From Auanema rhodensis (Eukaryota; Animalia; Nematoda), in assembly GCA_964057225.1 (NCBI GenBank), contig OZ059896.1, positions 4,092,001-4,156,000 on the forward strand: a stretch of 64,000 nucleotides of DNA, read 5' to 3'. Below the pieces are notes generated by a model. The model saw nothing but the letters and a program-made list of their open reading frames with translations, was not told where the DNA came from and did not search any database. Shown here in pieces: positions 12,301 to 27,500 of the stretch; the stretch's first letter is position 1; each line of letters starts with the position of its first letter. Made by a program: the position numbers and the translations under genes.

Positions 12301-13689
12301 CATTAAGAAAAGCTTAATACAAAAATTAGTTATGATCGTTTGAAAAATGATGCATTAGTGTATGTTGAGTTTCCATGTACACTCAACATTGCTTCCAAAA
12401 ACATTTTGACAAAAATTTTTTCGAAAAATTTCAAAATAATTTAGCGAAAAGTAGATGTTTTTAGATTCCTTTTTTCGAGGCAAAAACGATGGACAATGTT
12501 ATTCAACGAAAAAATTAATTCTTCAGGGTGAAAATCGAGGATATAAGTGTGAACTTATATCAGTTGATATCTCGGTGCATTTTCAAGCTAGCGCAAATCT
12601 GATAGTACAGATCGACGCAGCTTAAAAATCCGCATCGAATGCACTATACTACATTAAGAAAAGCTTAATACAAAAATTAGTTATGATCGTTTGAAAAATG
12701 ATGCATTAGTGTATGTTGAGTTTCCATGTACACTCAACATTGCTTCCAAAAACATTTTGACAAAAATTTTTTCGAAAAATTTCAAAATAATTTAGCGAAA
12801 AGTAGATGTTTTTAGATTCCTTTTTTCGAGGCAAAAACGATGGACAATGTTATTCAACGAAAAAATTAATTCTTCAGGGTGAAAATCGAGGATATAAGTG
12901 TGAACTTATATCAGTTGATATCTCGGTGCATTTTCAAGCTAGCGCAAATCTGATAGTACAGATCGACGCAGCTTAAAAATCCGCATCGAATGCACTATAC
13001 TACATTGAGAAACGCTTAATACAAAAATTAGTTATGATCGTTTGAAAAATGATGCATTAGTGTATGTTGAGTTTCCATGTACACTCAAAATTGCTTCCAA
13101 AAACATTTTGACAAAAATTTTTTCAAAAAATTTCAAAATAATTTAGCGAAAAGTAGATGTTTTTAGATTCCTTTTTTTGAGGCAAAAACGATGGACAATG
13201 TTATTCAACGAAAAAATTAATTCTTCAGGGTGAAAATCGAGGATATAAGTGTGAACTTATATCAGTTGATATCTCGGTGCCTTTTTAAGCTAGCGGAAAT
13301 CTGATAACACAGATCGACGCAGCTTAAAAATCCGCATCGAATGCACTATACTACATTAAGAAAAACTTAATACAAAAATTAGTTATTATCGTTTGGAAAA
13401 TGATGCATTAGTGTATGTTGAGTTTCCATGTACACTCAAAATTGCTTCCAAAAACATTTTGACAAAAATTTTTTCGAAAAATTTCAAAATAATTTAGCGA
13501 AAAGTAGATGTTTTTAGATTCCTTTTTTCGAGGCAAAAACGATGGACAATGTTATTCAACGAAAAAATTAATTCTTCAGGGTGAAAATCGAGGATATAAG
13601 TGTGAACTTATATCAGTTGATATCTCGGTGCATTTTTCAGCTAGCGCAAATCTGATAACACAGATCGACGCAGCTTAAAAATCCGCATC

Positions 13690-16600
13690 GAATGCACTAT
13701 ACTACATTGAGAAACGCTTAATACAAAAATTAGTCATGATCGTTTGAAAAATGATGCATTAGTGTATGTTGAGTTTCCATGTACACTCAACATTGCTTCC
13801 AAAAACATTTTGACAAAAATTTTTTCGAAAATTTCAAAATAATTTAGCGAAAATTAGATGTTTTTAGATTCCTTTTTTCGAGGCAAAAACGATGGACAAT
13901 GTTATTCAACGAAAAAATTAATTCTTCAGGGTGAAAATCGAAAATATAAGTGTGAACTTATATCAGTTGATATCTCGGTGCATTTTTCAGCTAGCGCAAA
14001 TCTGATAACACAGATCGACGCAGCTTAAAAATCCGCATCGAATGCACTATACTTCATTGAGAAACGCTTTATACCAAAATTAGTTATGATCGTTTGAAAA
14101 ATGATGCATTAGTGTATGTTGAGTTTCCATGTACACTCAAAATTGCTTCCAAAAACATTTTGACAAAAATTTTTTCGAAAAATTTCAAAATAATTTAGCG
14201 AAAAGTAGATGTTTTCAGATTCCTTTTTTTGAGGCAAAAACGATGGACAATGTTATTCAACGAAAAAATTAATTCTTCAGGGTGAAAATCGAGGATATAA
14301 GTGTGAACTTATATCAGTTGATATCTCGGTGCCTTTTTAAGCTAGCGGAAATCTGATAACACAGATCGACGCAGCTTAAAAATCCGCATCGAATGCACTA
14401 TACTACATTAAGAAAAGCTTAATACAAAAATTAGTTATGATCGTTTGGAAAATGATGCATTAGTGTATGTTGAGTTTCCATGTACACTCAAAATTGCTTC
14501 CAAAAACATTTTGACAAAAATTTTTTCGAAAAATTTCAAAATAATTTAGCGAAAAGTAGATGTTTTTAGATTCCTTTTTTCGAGGCAAAAACGATGGACA
14601 ATGTTATTCAACGAAATAATTAATTCTTCAGGGTGAAAATCGAGGATATAAGTGTGAACTTATATCAGTTGATATCTCGGTGCATTTTCAAGCTAGCGCA
14701 AATCTGATAGTACAGATCGACGCAGCTTAAAAATCCGCATCGAATGCACTATACTACATTGAGAAACGCTTAATACAAAAATTAGTCATGATCGTTTGGA
14801 AAATGATGCATTAGTGTATGTTGAGTTTCCATGTACACTCAAAATTGCTTCCAAAAACATTTTGACAAAAATTTTTTCGAAAAATTTCAAAATAATTTAG
14901 CGAAAAGTAGATGTTTTTAGATTCCTTTTTTCGAGGCAAAAACGATGGACAATGTTATTCAACGAAAAAATTAATTCTTCAGGGTGAAAATCGAGGATAT
15001 AAGTGTGAACTTATATCAGTTGATATCTCGGTGCATTTTCAAGCTAGCGCAAATCTGATAGTACAGATCGACGCAGCTTAAAAATCCGCATCGAATGCAC
15101 TATACTACATTGAGAAACGCTTAATACAAAAATTAGTCATGATCGTTTGAAAAATGATGCATTAGTGTATGTTGAGTTTCCATGTACACTCAACATTGCT
15201 TCCAAAAACATTTTGACAAAAATTTTTTCGAAAATTTCAAAATAATTTAGCGAAAATTAGATGTTTTTAGATTCCTTTTTTCGAGGCAAAAACGATGGAC
15301 AATGTTATTCAACGAAAAAATTAATTCTTCAGGGTGAAAATCGAAAATATAAGTGTGAACTTATATCAGTTGATATCTCGGTGCATTTTTCAGCTAGCGC
15401 AAATCTGATAACACAGATCGACGCAGCTTAAAAATCCGCATCGAATGCACTATACTTCATTGAGAAACGCTTTATACCAAAATTAGTTATGATCGTTTGA
15501 AAAATGATGCATTAGTGTATGTTGAGTTTCCATGTACACTCAAAATTGCTTCCAAAAACATTTTGACAAAAATTTTTTCGAAAAATTTCAAAATAATTTA
15601 GCGAAAAGTAGATGTTTTCAGATTCCTTTTTTTGAGGCAAAAACGATGGACAATGTTATTCAACGAAAAAATTAATTCTTCAGGGTGAAAATCGAGGATA
15701 TAAGTGTGAACTTATATCAGTTGATATCTCGGTGCCTTTTTAAGCTAGCGGAAATCTGATAACACAGATCGACGCAGCTTAAAAATCCGCATCGAATGCA
15801 CTATACTACATTAAGAAAAGCTTAATACAAAAATTAGTTATGATCGTTTGGAAAATGATGCATTAGTGTATGTTGAGTTTCCATGTACACTCAAAATTGC
15901 TTCCAAAAACATTTTGACAAAAATTTTTTCGAAAAATTTCAAAATAATTTAGCGAAAAGTAGATGTTTTTAGATTCCTTTTTTCGAGGCAAAAACGATGG
16001 ACAATGTTATTCAACGAAAAAATTAATTCTTCAGGGTGAAAATCGAGGATATAAGTGTGAACTTATATCAGTTGATATCTCGGTGCATTTTCAAGCTAGC
16101 GCAAATCTGATAGTACAGATCGACGCAGCTTAAAAATCCGCATCGAATGCACTATACTACATTGAGAAACGCTCAATACAAAAATTAGTCATGATCGTTT
16201 GGAAAATGATGCATTAGTGTATGTTGAGTTTCCATGTACACTCAAAATTGCTTCCAAAAACATTTTGACAAAAATTTTTTCGAAAAATTTCAAAATAATT
16301 TAGCGAAAAGTAGATGTTTTTAGATTCCTTTTTTCGAGGCAAAAACGATGGACAATGTTATTCAACGAAAAAATTAATTCTTCAGGGTGAAAATCGAGGA
16401 TATAAGTGTGAACTTATATCAGTTGATATCTCGGTGCATTTTCAAGCTAGCGCAAATCTGATAGTACAGATCGACGCAGCTTGAAAATCCGCATCGAATG
16501 CACTATACTACATTGAGAAACGCTTAATACAAAAATTAGTCATGATCGTTTGAAAAATGATGCATTAGTGTATGTTGAGTTTCCATGTACACTCAAAATT

Positions 16601-19300
16601 GCTTCCAAAAACATTTTGACAAAAATTTTTTCGAAAAATTTCAAAATAATTTAGCGAAAAGTAGATGTTTTTAGATTCCTTTTTTCGAGGCAAAAACGAT
16701 GGACAATGTTATTCAACGAAAAAATTAATTCTTCAGGGTGAAAATCGAGGATATAAGTGTGAACTTATATCAGTTGATATCTCGGTGCATTTTCAAGCTA
16801 GCGCAAATCTGATAGTACAGATCGACGCAGCTTAAAAATCCGCATCGAATGCACTATACTACATTGAGAAACGCTTAATACAAAAATTAGTCATGATCGT
16901 TTGAAAAATGATGCATTAGTGTATGTTGAGTTTCCATGTACACTCAAAATTGCTTCCAAAAACATTTTGACAAAAATTTTTTCGAAAAATTTCAAAATGA
17001 TTTAGCGAAAAGTAGATGTTTTTAGATTCCTTTTTTCGAGGCAAAAACGATGGACAATGTTATTCAACGAAAAAATTAATTCTTCAGGGTGAAAATCGAG
17101 GATATAAGTGTGAACTTATATCAGTTGATATCTCGGTGCATTTTCAAGCTAGCGCAAATCTGATAGTACAGATCGACGCAGCTTAAAAATCCGCATCGAA
17201 TGCACTATACTACATTGAGAAACGCTTAATACAAAAATTAGTCATGATCGTTTGAAAAATGATGCATTAGTGTATGTTGAGTTTCCATGTACACTCAACA
17301 TTGCTTCCAAAAACATTTTGACAAAAATTTTTTCGAAAATTTCAAAATAATTTAGCGAAAATTAGATGTTTTTAGGTTCCTTTTTTTGAGGCAAAAACGA
17401 TGGACAATGTTATTCAACGAAAAAATTAATTCTTCAGGGTGAAAATCGAAAATATAAGTGTGAACTTATATCAGTTGATATCTCGGTGCATTTTTCAGCT
17501 AGCGCAAATCTGATAACACAGATCGACGCAGCTTAAAAATCCGCATCGAATGCACTATACTACATTGAGAAACGCTTTATACCAAAATTAGTTATGATCG
17601 TTTGAAAAATGATGCATTAGTGTATGTTGAGTTTCCATGTACACTCAAAATTGCTTCCAAAAACATTTTGACAAAAATTTTTTCGAAAAATTTCAAAATA
17701 ATTTAGCGAAAAGTAGATGTTTTCAGATTCCTTTTTTTGAGGCAAAAACGATGGACAATGTTATTCAACGAAAAAATTAATTCTTCAGGGTGAAAATCGA
17801 GGATATAAGTGTGAACTTATATCAGTTGATATCTCGGTGCCTTTTTAAGCTAGCGGAAATCTGATAACACAGATCGACGCAGCTTAAAAATCCGCATCGA
17901 ATGCACTATACTACATTAAGAAAAGCTTAATACAAAAATTAGTTATGATCGTTTGGAAAATGATGCATTAGTGTATGTTGAGTTTCCATGTACACTCAAA
18001 ATTGCTTCCAAAAACATTTTGACAAAAATTTTTTCGAAAAATTTCAAAATAATTTAGCGAAAAGTAGATGTTTTTAGATTCCTTTTTTCGAGGCAAAAAC
18101 GATGGACAATGTTATTCAACGAAAAAATTAATTCTTCAGGGTGAAAATCGAGGATATAAGTGTGAACTTATATCAGTTGATATCTCGGTGCATTTTCAAG
18201 CTAGCGCAAATCTGATAGTACAGATCGACGCAGCTTAAAAATCCGCATCGAATGCACTATACTACATTGAGAAACGCTTAATACAAAAATTAGTCATGAT
18301 CGTTTGAAAAATGATGCATTAGTGTATGTTGAGTTTCCATGTACACTCAAAATTGCTTCCAAAAACATTTTGACAAAAATTTTTTCGAAAAATTTCAAAA
18401 TGATTTAGCGAAAAGTAGATGTTTTTAGATTCCTTTTTTCGAGGCAAAAACGATGGACAATGTTATTCAACGAAAAAATTAATTCTTCAGGGTGAAAATC
18501 GAGGATATAAGTGTGAACTTATATCAGTTGATATCTCGGTGCATTTTCAAGCTAGCGCAAATCTGATAGTACAGATCGACGCAGCTTAAAAATCCGCATC
18601 GAATGCACTATACTACATTGAGAAACGCTTAATACAAAAATTAGTCATGATCGTTTGAAAAATGATGCATTAGTGTATGTTGAGTTTCCATGTACACTCA
18701 ACATTGCTTCCAAAAACATTTTGACAAAAATTTTTTCGAAAATTTCAAAATAATTTAGCGAAAATTAGATGTTTTTAGGTTCCTTTTTTTGAGGCAAAAA
18801 CGATGGACAATGTTATTCAACGAAAAAATTAATTCTTCAGGGTGAAAATCGAAAATATAAGTGTGAACTTATATCAGTTGATATCTCGGTGCATTTTTCA
18901 GCTAGCGCAAATCTGATAACACAGATCGACGCAGCTTAAAAATCCGCATCGAATGCACTATACTACATTGAGAAACGCTTTATACCAAAATTAGTTATGA
19001 TCGTTTGAAAAATGATGCATTAGTGTATGTTGAGTTTCCATGTACACTCAAAATTGCTTCCAAAAACATTTTGACAAAAATTTTTTCGAAAAATTTCAAA
19101 ATAATTTAGCGAAAAGTAGATGTTTTCAGATTCCTTTTTTTGAGGCAAAAACGATGGACAATGTTATTCAACGAAAAAATTAATTCTTCAGGGTGAAAAT
19201 CGAGGATATAAGTGTGAACTTATATCAGTTGATATCTCGGTGCCTTTTTAAGCTAGCGGAAATCTGATAACACAGATCGACGCAGCTTAAAAATCCGCAT
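13690..19300. repeat. Local higher-order repeat, 4-mer (1403 bp) with one 6-mer variant (2105 bp)
   Basis: A marker monomer (1-bp deletion ttcgaaaatttc, plus aaattagatg, plus cgaaaatata) has aaattag at 13851, 15254, 17359 and 18762, giving spacings of 1403, 2105 and 1403. Confidence 0.85.
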
Positions 19301-22300
19301 CGAATGCACTATACTACATTAAGAAAAGCTTAATACAAAAATTAGTTATGATCGTTTGGAAAATGATGCATTAGTGTATGTTGAGTTTCCATGTACACTC
19401 AAAATTGCTTCCAAAAACATTTTGACAAAAATTTTTTCGAAAAATTTCAAAATAATTTAGCGAAAAGTAGATGTTTTTAGATTCCTTTTTTCGAGGCAAA
19501 AACGATGGACAATGTTATTCAACGAAAAAATTAATTCTTCAGGGTGAAAATCGAGGATATAAGTGTGAACTTATATCAGTTGATATCTCGGTGCATTTTC
19601 AAGCTAGCGCAAATCTGATAGTACAGATCGACGCAGCTTAAAAATCCGCATCGAATGCACTATACTACATTGAGAAACGCTTAATACAAAAATTAGTCAT
19701 GATCGTTTGAAAAATGATGCATTAGTGTATGTTGAGTTTCCATGTACACTCAAAATTGCTTCCAAAAACATTTTGACAAAAATTTTTTCGAAAAATTTCA
19801 AAATAATTTAGCGAAAAGTAGATGTTTTTAGATTCCTTTTTTCGAGGCAAAAACGATGGACAATGTTATTCAACGAAAAAATTAATTCTTCAGGGTGAAA
19901 ATCGAGGATATAAGTGTGAACTTATATCAGTTGATATCTCGGTGCATTTTATAGCTAGCGCAAATCTGATAGTACAGATCGACGCAGCTTAAAAATCCGC
20001 ATCGAATGCACTATACTACATTGAGAAACGCTTAATACAAAAATTAGTTATGATCGTTTGAAAAATGATGCATTAGTGTATGTTGAGTTTCCATGTACAC
20101 TCAAAATTGCTTCCAAAAACATTTTGACAAAAATTTTTTCGAAAAATTTCAAAATAATTTAGCGAAAAGTAGATGTTTTTAGATTCCTTTTTTCGAGGCA
20201 AAAACGATGGACAATGTTATTCAACGAAAAAATTAATTCTTCAGGGTGAAAATCGAGGATATAAGTGTGAACTTATATCAGTTGATATCTCGGTGCATTT
20301 TTAAGCTAGCGGAAATTTGATAACACAGATCGACGCAGCTTAAAAATCCGCATTGAATGCACTATACCACATTGTGAAAAGCTTAATACAAAAATTAGTT
20401 ATGATCGTTTGGAAAATGATGCATTAGTGTATGTTGAGTTTCCATGTACACTCAAAATTGCTTCCAAAAACATTTTGACAAAAATTTTTTCGAAAAATTT
20501 CAAAATAATTTAGCGAAAAGTAGATGTTTTTAGATTCCTTTTTTCGAGGCAGAAACGATGGACAATGTTATTCAACGAAAAAATTAATTCTTCAGGGTGA
20601 AAATCGAGGATATAAGTGTGAACTTATATCAGTTGATATCTCGGTGCATTTTCAAGCTAGCGCAAATCTGATAACACAGATCGACGCAGCTTAAAAATCC
20701 GCATCGAATGCACTATACTACATTGAGAAACGCTTAATACAAAAATTAGTTATGATCGTTTGAAAAATGATGCATTAGTGTATGTTGAGTTTCCATGTAC
20801 ACTCAAAATTGCTTCCAAAAACATTTTGACAAAAAATTTTCGTAAAATTTCAAAATAATTTAGCGAAAAGTAGATGTTTTTAGATTCCTTTTTTCAAGGC
20901 AAAAACGATGGACAATGTTATTCAACGAAAAAATTAATTCTTCAGGGTGAAAATCGAGGATATAAGTGTGAACTTATATCAGTTGATATCTCGGTGCATT
21001 TTCAAGCTAGCGCAAATCTGATAGTACAGATCGACGCAGCTTAAAAATCCGCATTGAATGCACTATACTACATTGTGAAAAGCTTAATACAAAAATTAGT
21101 TATGATCGTTTGAAAAATGATGCATTAGTGTATGTTGAGTTTCCATGTACACTCAAAATTGCTTCCAAAAACATTTTGACAAAAATTTTTTCGAAAAATT
21201 TCAAAATAATTTAGCGAAAAGTAGATGTTTTCAGATTCCTTTTTTTGAGGCAAAAACGATGGACAATGTTATTCAACGAAAAAATTAATTCTTCAGGGTG
21301 AAAATCGAGGATATAAGTGTGAACTTATATCAGTTGATATCTCGGTGCATTTTTAAGCTAGCGGAAATTTAATAACACAGATCGACGCAGCTTAAAAATC
21401 CGCATCGAATGCACTATACTACATTAAGAAAAGCTTAATACAAAAATTAGTTATGATCGTTTGAAAAATGATGCATTAGTGTATGTTGAGTTTCCATGTA
21501 CACTCAAAATTGCTTCCAAAAACATTTTGACAAAAAATTTTCGTAAAATTTCAAAATATTTTAGCGAAAAGTAGATGTTTTTAGATTCCTTTTTTCGAGG
21601 CAAAAACGATGGACAATGTTATTCAACGAAAAAATTAATTCTTCAGGGTGAAAATCGAAAATATAAGTGTGAACTTATATCAGTTGATATCTCGGTGAAT
21701 TTTTCAGCTAGCGCAAATCTGATAACACAGATCGACGCAGCTCAAAAATCCGCATCGAATGCACTATACTACATTGAGAAACGCTTTATACCAAAATTAG
21801 TTATGATCGTTTGAAAAATGATGCATTAGTGTATGTTGAGTTTCCATGTACACTCAAAATTGCTTCCAAAAACATTTTGACAAAAATTTTTTCGAAAAAT
21901 TTCAAAATAATTTAGCGAAAAGTAGATGTTTTCAGATTCCTTTTTTTGAGGCAAAAACGATGGACAATGTTATTCAACGAAAAAATTAATTCTTCAGGGT
22001 GAAAATCGAGGATATAAGTGTGAACTTATATCAGTTGATATCTCGGTGCCTTTTTAAGCTAGCGGAAATCTGATAACACAGATCGACGCAGCTTAAAAAT
22101 CCGCATCGAATGCACTATACTACATTGTGAAAAGCTTAATACAAAAATTAGTTATGATCGTTTGGAAAATGATGCATTAGTGTATGTTGAGTTTCCATGT
22201 ACACTCAAAATTGCTTCCAAAAACATTTTGACAAAAATTTTTTCGAAAAATTTCAAAATAATTTAGCGAAAAGTAGATGTTTTCAGATTCCTTTTTTTGA

Positions 22301-22499
22301 GGCAAAAACGATGGACAATGTTATTCAACGAAAAAATTAATTCTTCAGGGTGAAAATCGAGGATATAAGTGTGAACTTATATCAGTTGATATCTCGGTGC
22401 ATTTTCAAGCTAGCGCAAATCTGATAGTACAGATCGACGCAGCTTAAAAATCCGCATTGAATGCACTATACTACATTGTGAAAAGCTTAATACAAAAAT

Positions 22500-24560
22500 T
22501 AGTTATGATCGTTTGAAAAATGATGCATTAGTGTATGTTGAGTTTCCATGTACACTCAAAATTGCTTCCAAAAACATTTTGACAAAAATTTTTTCGAAAA
22601 ATTTCAAAATAATTTAGCGAAAAGTAGATGTTTTCAGATTCCTTTTTTTGAGGCAAAAACGATGGACAATGTTATTCAACGAAAAAATTAATTCTTCAGG
22701 GTGAAAATCGAAAATATAAGTGTGAACTTATATCAGTTGATATCTCGGTGAATTTTTCAGCTAGCGCAAATCTGATAACACAGATCGACGCAGCTTAAAA
22801 ATCCGCATCGAATGCACTATACTACATTGAGAAACGCTTAATACAAAAATTAGTTATGATCGTTTGAAAAATGATGCATTAGTGTATGTTGAGTTTCCAT
22901 GTACACTCAAAATTGCTTCCAAAAACATTTTGACAAAAATTTTTTCGAAAAATTTCAAAATAATTTAGCGAAAAGTAGATGTTTTTAGATTCCTTTTTTT
23001 AAGGCAAAAACGATGGACAATGTTATTCAACGAAAAAATTAATTCTTCAGGGTGAAAATCGAGGATATAAGTGTGAACTTATATCAGTTGATATCTCGGT
23101 GCATTTTCAAGCTAGCGCAAATCTGATAGTACAGATCGACGCAGCTTAAAAATCCGCATCGAATGCACTATACTACATTGAGAAACGCTTAATACAAAAA
23201 TAAGTTATGATCGTTTGAAAAATGATGCATTAGTGTATGTTGAGTTTCCATGTACACTCAAAATTGCTTCCAAAAACAATTTGACAAAAATTGTTTCGAA
23301 AAATTTCAAAATAATTTAGCAAAAAGTAGATGTTTTTAGATTCCTTTTTTCGAGGCAAAAACGATGGACAATGTTATTCAACGAAAAAATTAATTCTTCA
23401 GGGTGAAAATCGAGGATATAAGTGTGAACTTATATCAGTTGATATCTCGGTGCATTTTTAAGCTAGCGGAAATTTAATAACACAGATCGACGCAGCTTAA
23501 AAATCCGCATCGAATGCACTATACTACATTGAGAAACGCTTAATACAAAAATTAGTTATGATCGTTTGAAAAATGATGCATTAGTGTATGTTGAGTTTCC
23601 ATGTACACTCAAAATTGCTTCCAAAAACATTTTGACAAAAATTTTTTCGAAAAATTTCAAAATAATTTAGCGAAAAGTAGATGTTTTCAGATTCCTTTTT
23701 TTGAGGCAAAAACGATGGACAATGTTATTCAACGAAAAAATTAATTCTTCAGGGTGAAAATCGAAAATATAAGTGTGAACTTATATCAGTTGATATCTCG
23801 GTGAATTTTTCAGCTAGCGCAAATCTGATAACACAGATCGACGCAGCTTAAAAATCCGCATCGAATGCACTATACTACATTGAGAAACGCTTAATACAAA
23901 AATTAGTTATGATCGTTTGAAAAATGATGCATTAGTGTATGTTGAGTTTCCATGTACACTCAAAATTGCTTCCAAAAACATTTTGACAAAAATTTTTTCG
24001 AAAAATTTCAAAATAATTTAGCGAAAAGTAGATGTTTTTAGATTCCTTTTTTTAAGGCAAAAACGATGGACAATGTTATTCAACGAAAAAATTAATTCTT
24101 CAGGGTGAAAATCGAGGATATAAGTGTGAACTTATATCAGTTGATATCTCGGTGCATTTTCAAGCTAGCGCAAATCTGATAGTACAGATCGACGCAGCTT
24201 AAAAATCCGCATCGAATGCACTATACTACATTGAGAAACGCTTAATACAAAAATAAGTTATGATCGTTTGAAAAATGATGCATTAGTGTATGTTGAGTTT
24301 CCATGTACACTCAAAATTGCTTCCAAAAACAATTTGACAAAAATTGTTTCGAAAAATTTCAAAATAATTTAGCAAAAAGTAGATGTTTTTAGATTCCTTT
24401 TTTCGAGGCAAAAACGATGGACAATGTTATTCAACGAAAAAATTAATTCTTCAGGGTGAAAATCGAGGATATAAGTGTGAACTTATATCAGTTGATATCT
24501 CGGTGCATTTTTAAGCTAGCGGAAATTTAATAACACAGATCGACGCAGCTTAAAAATCCG
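22500..24560. repeat. Tandem duplication of a 3-monomer block (1053 bp)
   Basis: The rare caaaaacaatttgacaaaaattgtttcg occurs at 23271 and 24324. ttttaaggc and aaataagtt are also repeated at the same offset. Confidence 0.85.
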
Positions 24561-27500
24561 CATCGAATGCACTATACTACATTAAGAAAAGCTTAATACA
24601 AAAATTAGTTATGATCGTTTGAAAAATGATGCATTAGTGTATGTTGAGTTTCCATGTACACTCAAAATTGCTTCCAAAAACATTTTGACAAAAAATTTTC
24701 GTAAAATTTCAAAATAATTTAGCGAAAAGTAGATGTTTTTAGATTCCTTTTTTCAAGGCAAAAACGATGGACAATGTAATTCAACGAAAAAATTAATTCT
24801 TCAGGGTGAAAATCGAGGATATAAGTGTGAACTTATATCAGTTGATATCTCGGTGCATTTTCAAGCTAGCGCAAATCTGATAGTACAGATCGACGCAGCT
24901 TAAAAATCCGCATTGAATGCACTATACTACATTGTGAAAAGCTTAATACAAAAATTAGTTATGATCGTTTGAAAAATGATGCATTAGTGTATGTTGAGTT
25001 TCCATGTACACTCAAAATTGCTTCCAAAAACATTTTGACAAAAATTTTTTCGAAAAATTTCAAAATAATTTAGCGAAAAGTAGATGTTTTCAGATTCCTT
25101 TTTTTGAGGCAAAAACGATGGACAATGTTATTCAACGAAAAAATTAATTCTTCAGGGTGAAAATCGAGGATATAAGTGTGAACTTATATCAGTTGATATC
25201 TCGGTGCATTTTTAAGCTAGCGGAAATTTAATAACACAGATCGACGCAGCTTAAAAATCCGCATCGAATGCACTATACTACATTAAGAAAAGCTTAATAC
25301 AAAAATTAGTTATGATCGTTTGAAAAATGATGCATTAGTGTATGTTGAGTTTCCATGTACACTCAAAATTGCTTCCAAAAACATTTTGACAAAAAATTTT
25401 CGTAAAATTTCAAAATAATTTAGCGAAAAGTAGATGTTTTTAGATTCCTTTTTTCAAGGCAAAAACGATGGACAATGTTATTCAACGAAAAAATTAATTC
25501 TTCAGGGTGAAAATCGAGGATATAAGTGTGAACTTATATCAGTTGATATCTCGGTGCATTTTTAAGCTAGCGGAAATTTAATAACACAGATCGACGCAGC
25601 TTAAAAATCCGCATCGAATGCACTATACTACATTAAGAAAAGCTTAATACAAAAATTAGTTATGATCGTTTGAAAAATGATGCATTAGTGTATGTTGAGT
25701 TTCCATGTACACTCAAAATTGCTTCCAAAAACATTTTGACAAAAAATTTTCGTAAAATTTCAAAATATTTTAGCGAAAAGTAGATGTTTTTAGATTCCTT
25801 TTTTCGAGGCAAAAACGATGGACAATGTTATTCAACGAAAAAATTAATTCTTCAGGGTGAAAATCGAAAATATAAGTGTGAACTTATATCAGTTGATATC
25901 TCGGTGAATTTTTCAGCTAGCGCAAATCTGATAACACAGATCGACGCAGCTCAAAAATCCGCATCGAATGCACTATACTACATTGAGAAACGCTTTATAC
26001 CAAAATTAGTTCTGATCGTTTGAAAAATGATGCATTAGTGTATGTTGAGTTTCCATGTACACTCAAAATTGCTTCCAAAAACATTTTGACAAAAATTTTT
26101 TCGAAAAATTTCAAAATAATTTAGCGAAAAGTAGATGTTTTCAGATTCCTTTTTTTGAGGCAAAAACGATGGACAATGTTATTCAACGAAAAAATTAATT
26201 CTTCAGGGTGAAAATCGAGGATATAAGTGTGAACTTATATCAGTTGATATCTCGGTGCCTTTTTAAGCTAGCGGAAATCTGATAACACAGATCGACGCAG
26301 CTTAAAAATCCGCATCGAATGCACTATACTACATTAAGAAAAGCTTAATACAAAAATTAGTTATGATCGTTTGGAAAATGATGCATTAGTGTATGTTGAG
26401 TTTCCATGTACACTCAAAATTGCTTCCAAAAACATTTTGACAAAAAGTTTTTCGAAAAATTTCAAAATAGTTTAGCGAAAAGTAGATGTTTTTAGATTCC
26501 TTTTTTCGAGGCAAAAACGATGGACAATGTTATTCAACGAAAAAATTAATTCTTCAGGGTGAAAATCGAGGATATAAGTGTGAACTTATATCAGTTGATA
26601 TCTCGGTGCATTTTCAAGCTAGCGCAAATCTGATAGTACAGATCGACGCAGCTTAAAAATCCGCATCGAATGCACTATACTACATTGAGAAACGCTTAAT
26701 ACAAAAATTAGTCATGATCGTTTGAAAAATGATGCATTAGTGTATGTTGAGTTTCCATGTACACTCAACATTGCTTCCAAAAACATTTTGACAAAAATTT
26801 TTTCGAAAATTTCAAAATAATTTAGCGAAAAGTAGATGTTTTTAGATTCCTTTTTTCGAGGCAAAAACGATGGACAATGTTATTCAACGAAAAAATTAAT
26901 TCTTCAGGGTGAAAATCGAAAATATAAGTGTGAACTTATATCAGTTGATATCTCGGTGCATTTTTCAGCTAGCGCAAATCTGATAACACAGATCGACGCA
27001 GCTTAAAAATCCGCATCGAATGCACTATACTACATTGAGAAACGCTTTATACCAAAATTAGTTATGATCGTTTGAAAAATGATGCATTAGTGTATGTTGA
27101 GTTTCCATGTACACTCAAAATTGCTTCCAAAAACATTTTGACAAAAATTTTTTCGAAAAATTTCAAAATAATTTAGCGAAAAGTAGATGTTTTCAGATTC
27201 CTTTTTTTGAGGCAAAAACGATGGACAATGTTATTCAACGAAAAAATTAATTCTTCAGGGTGAAAATCGAGGATATAAGTGTGAACTTATATCAGTTGAT
27301 ATCTCGGTGCCTTTTTAAGCTAGCGGAAATCTGATAACACAGATCGACGCAGCTTAAAAATCCGCATCGAATGCACTATACTACATTAAGAAAAGCTTAA
27401 TACAAAAATTAGTTATGATCGTTTGGAAAATGATGCATTAGTGTATGTTGAGTTTCCATGTACACTCAAAATTGCTTCCAAAAACATTTTGACAAAAATT

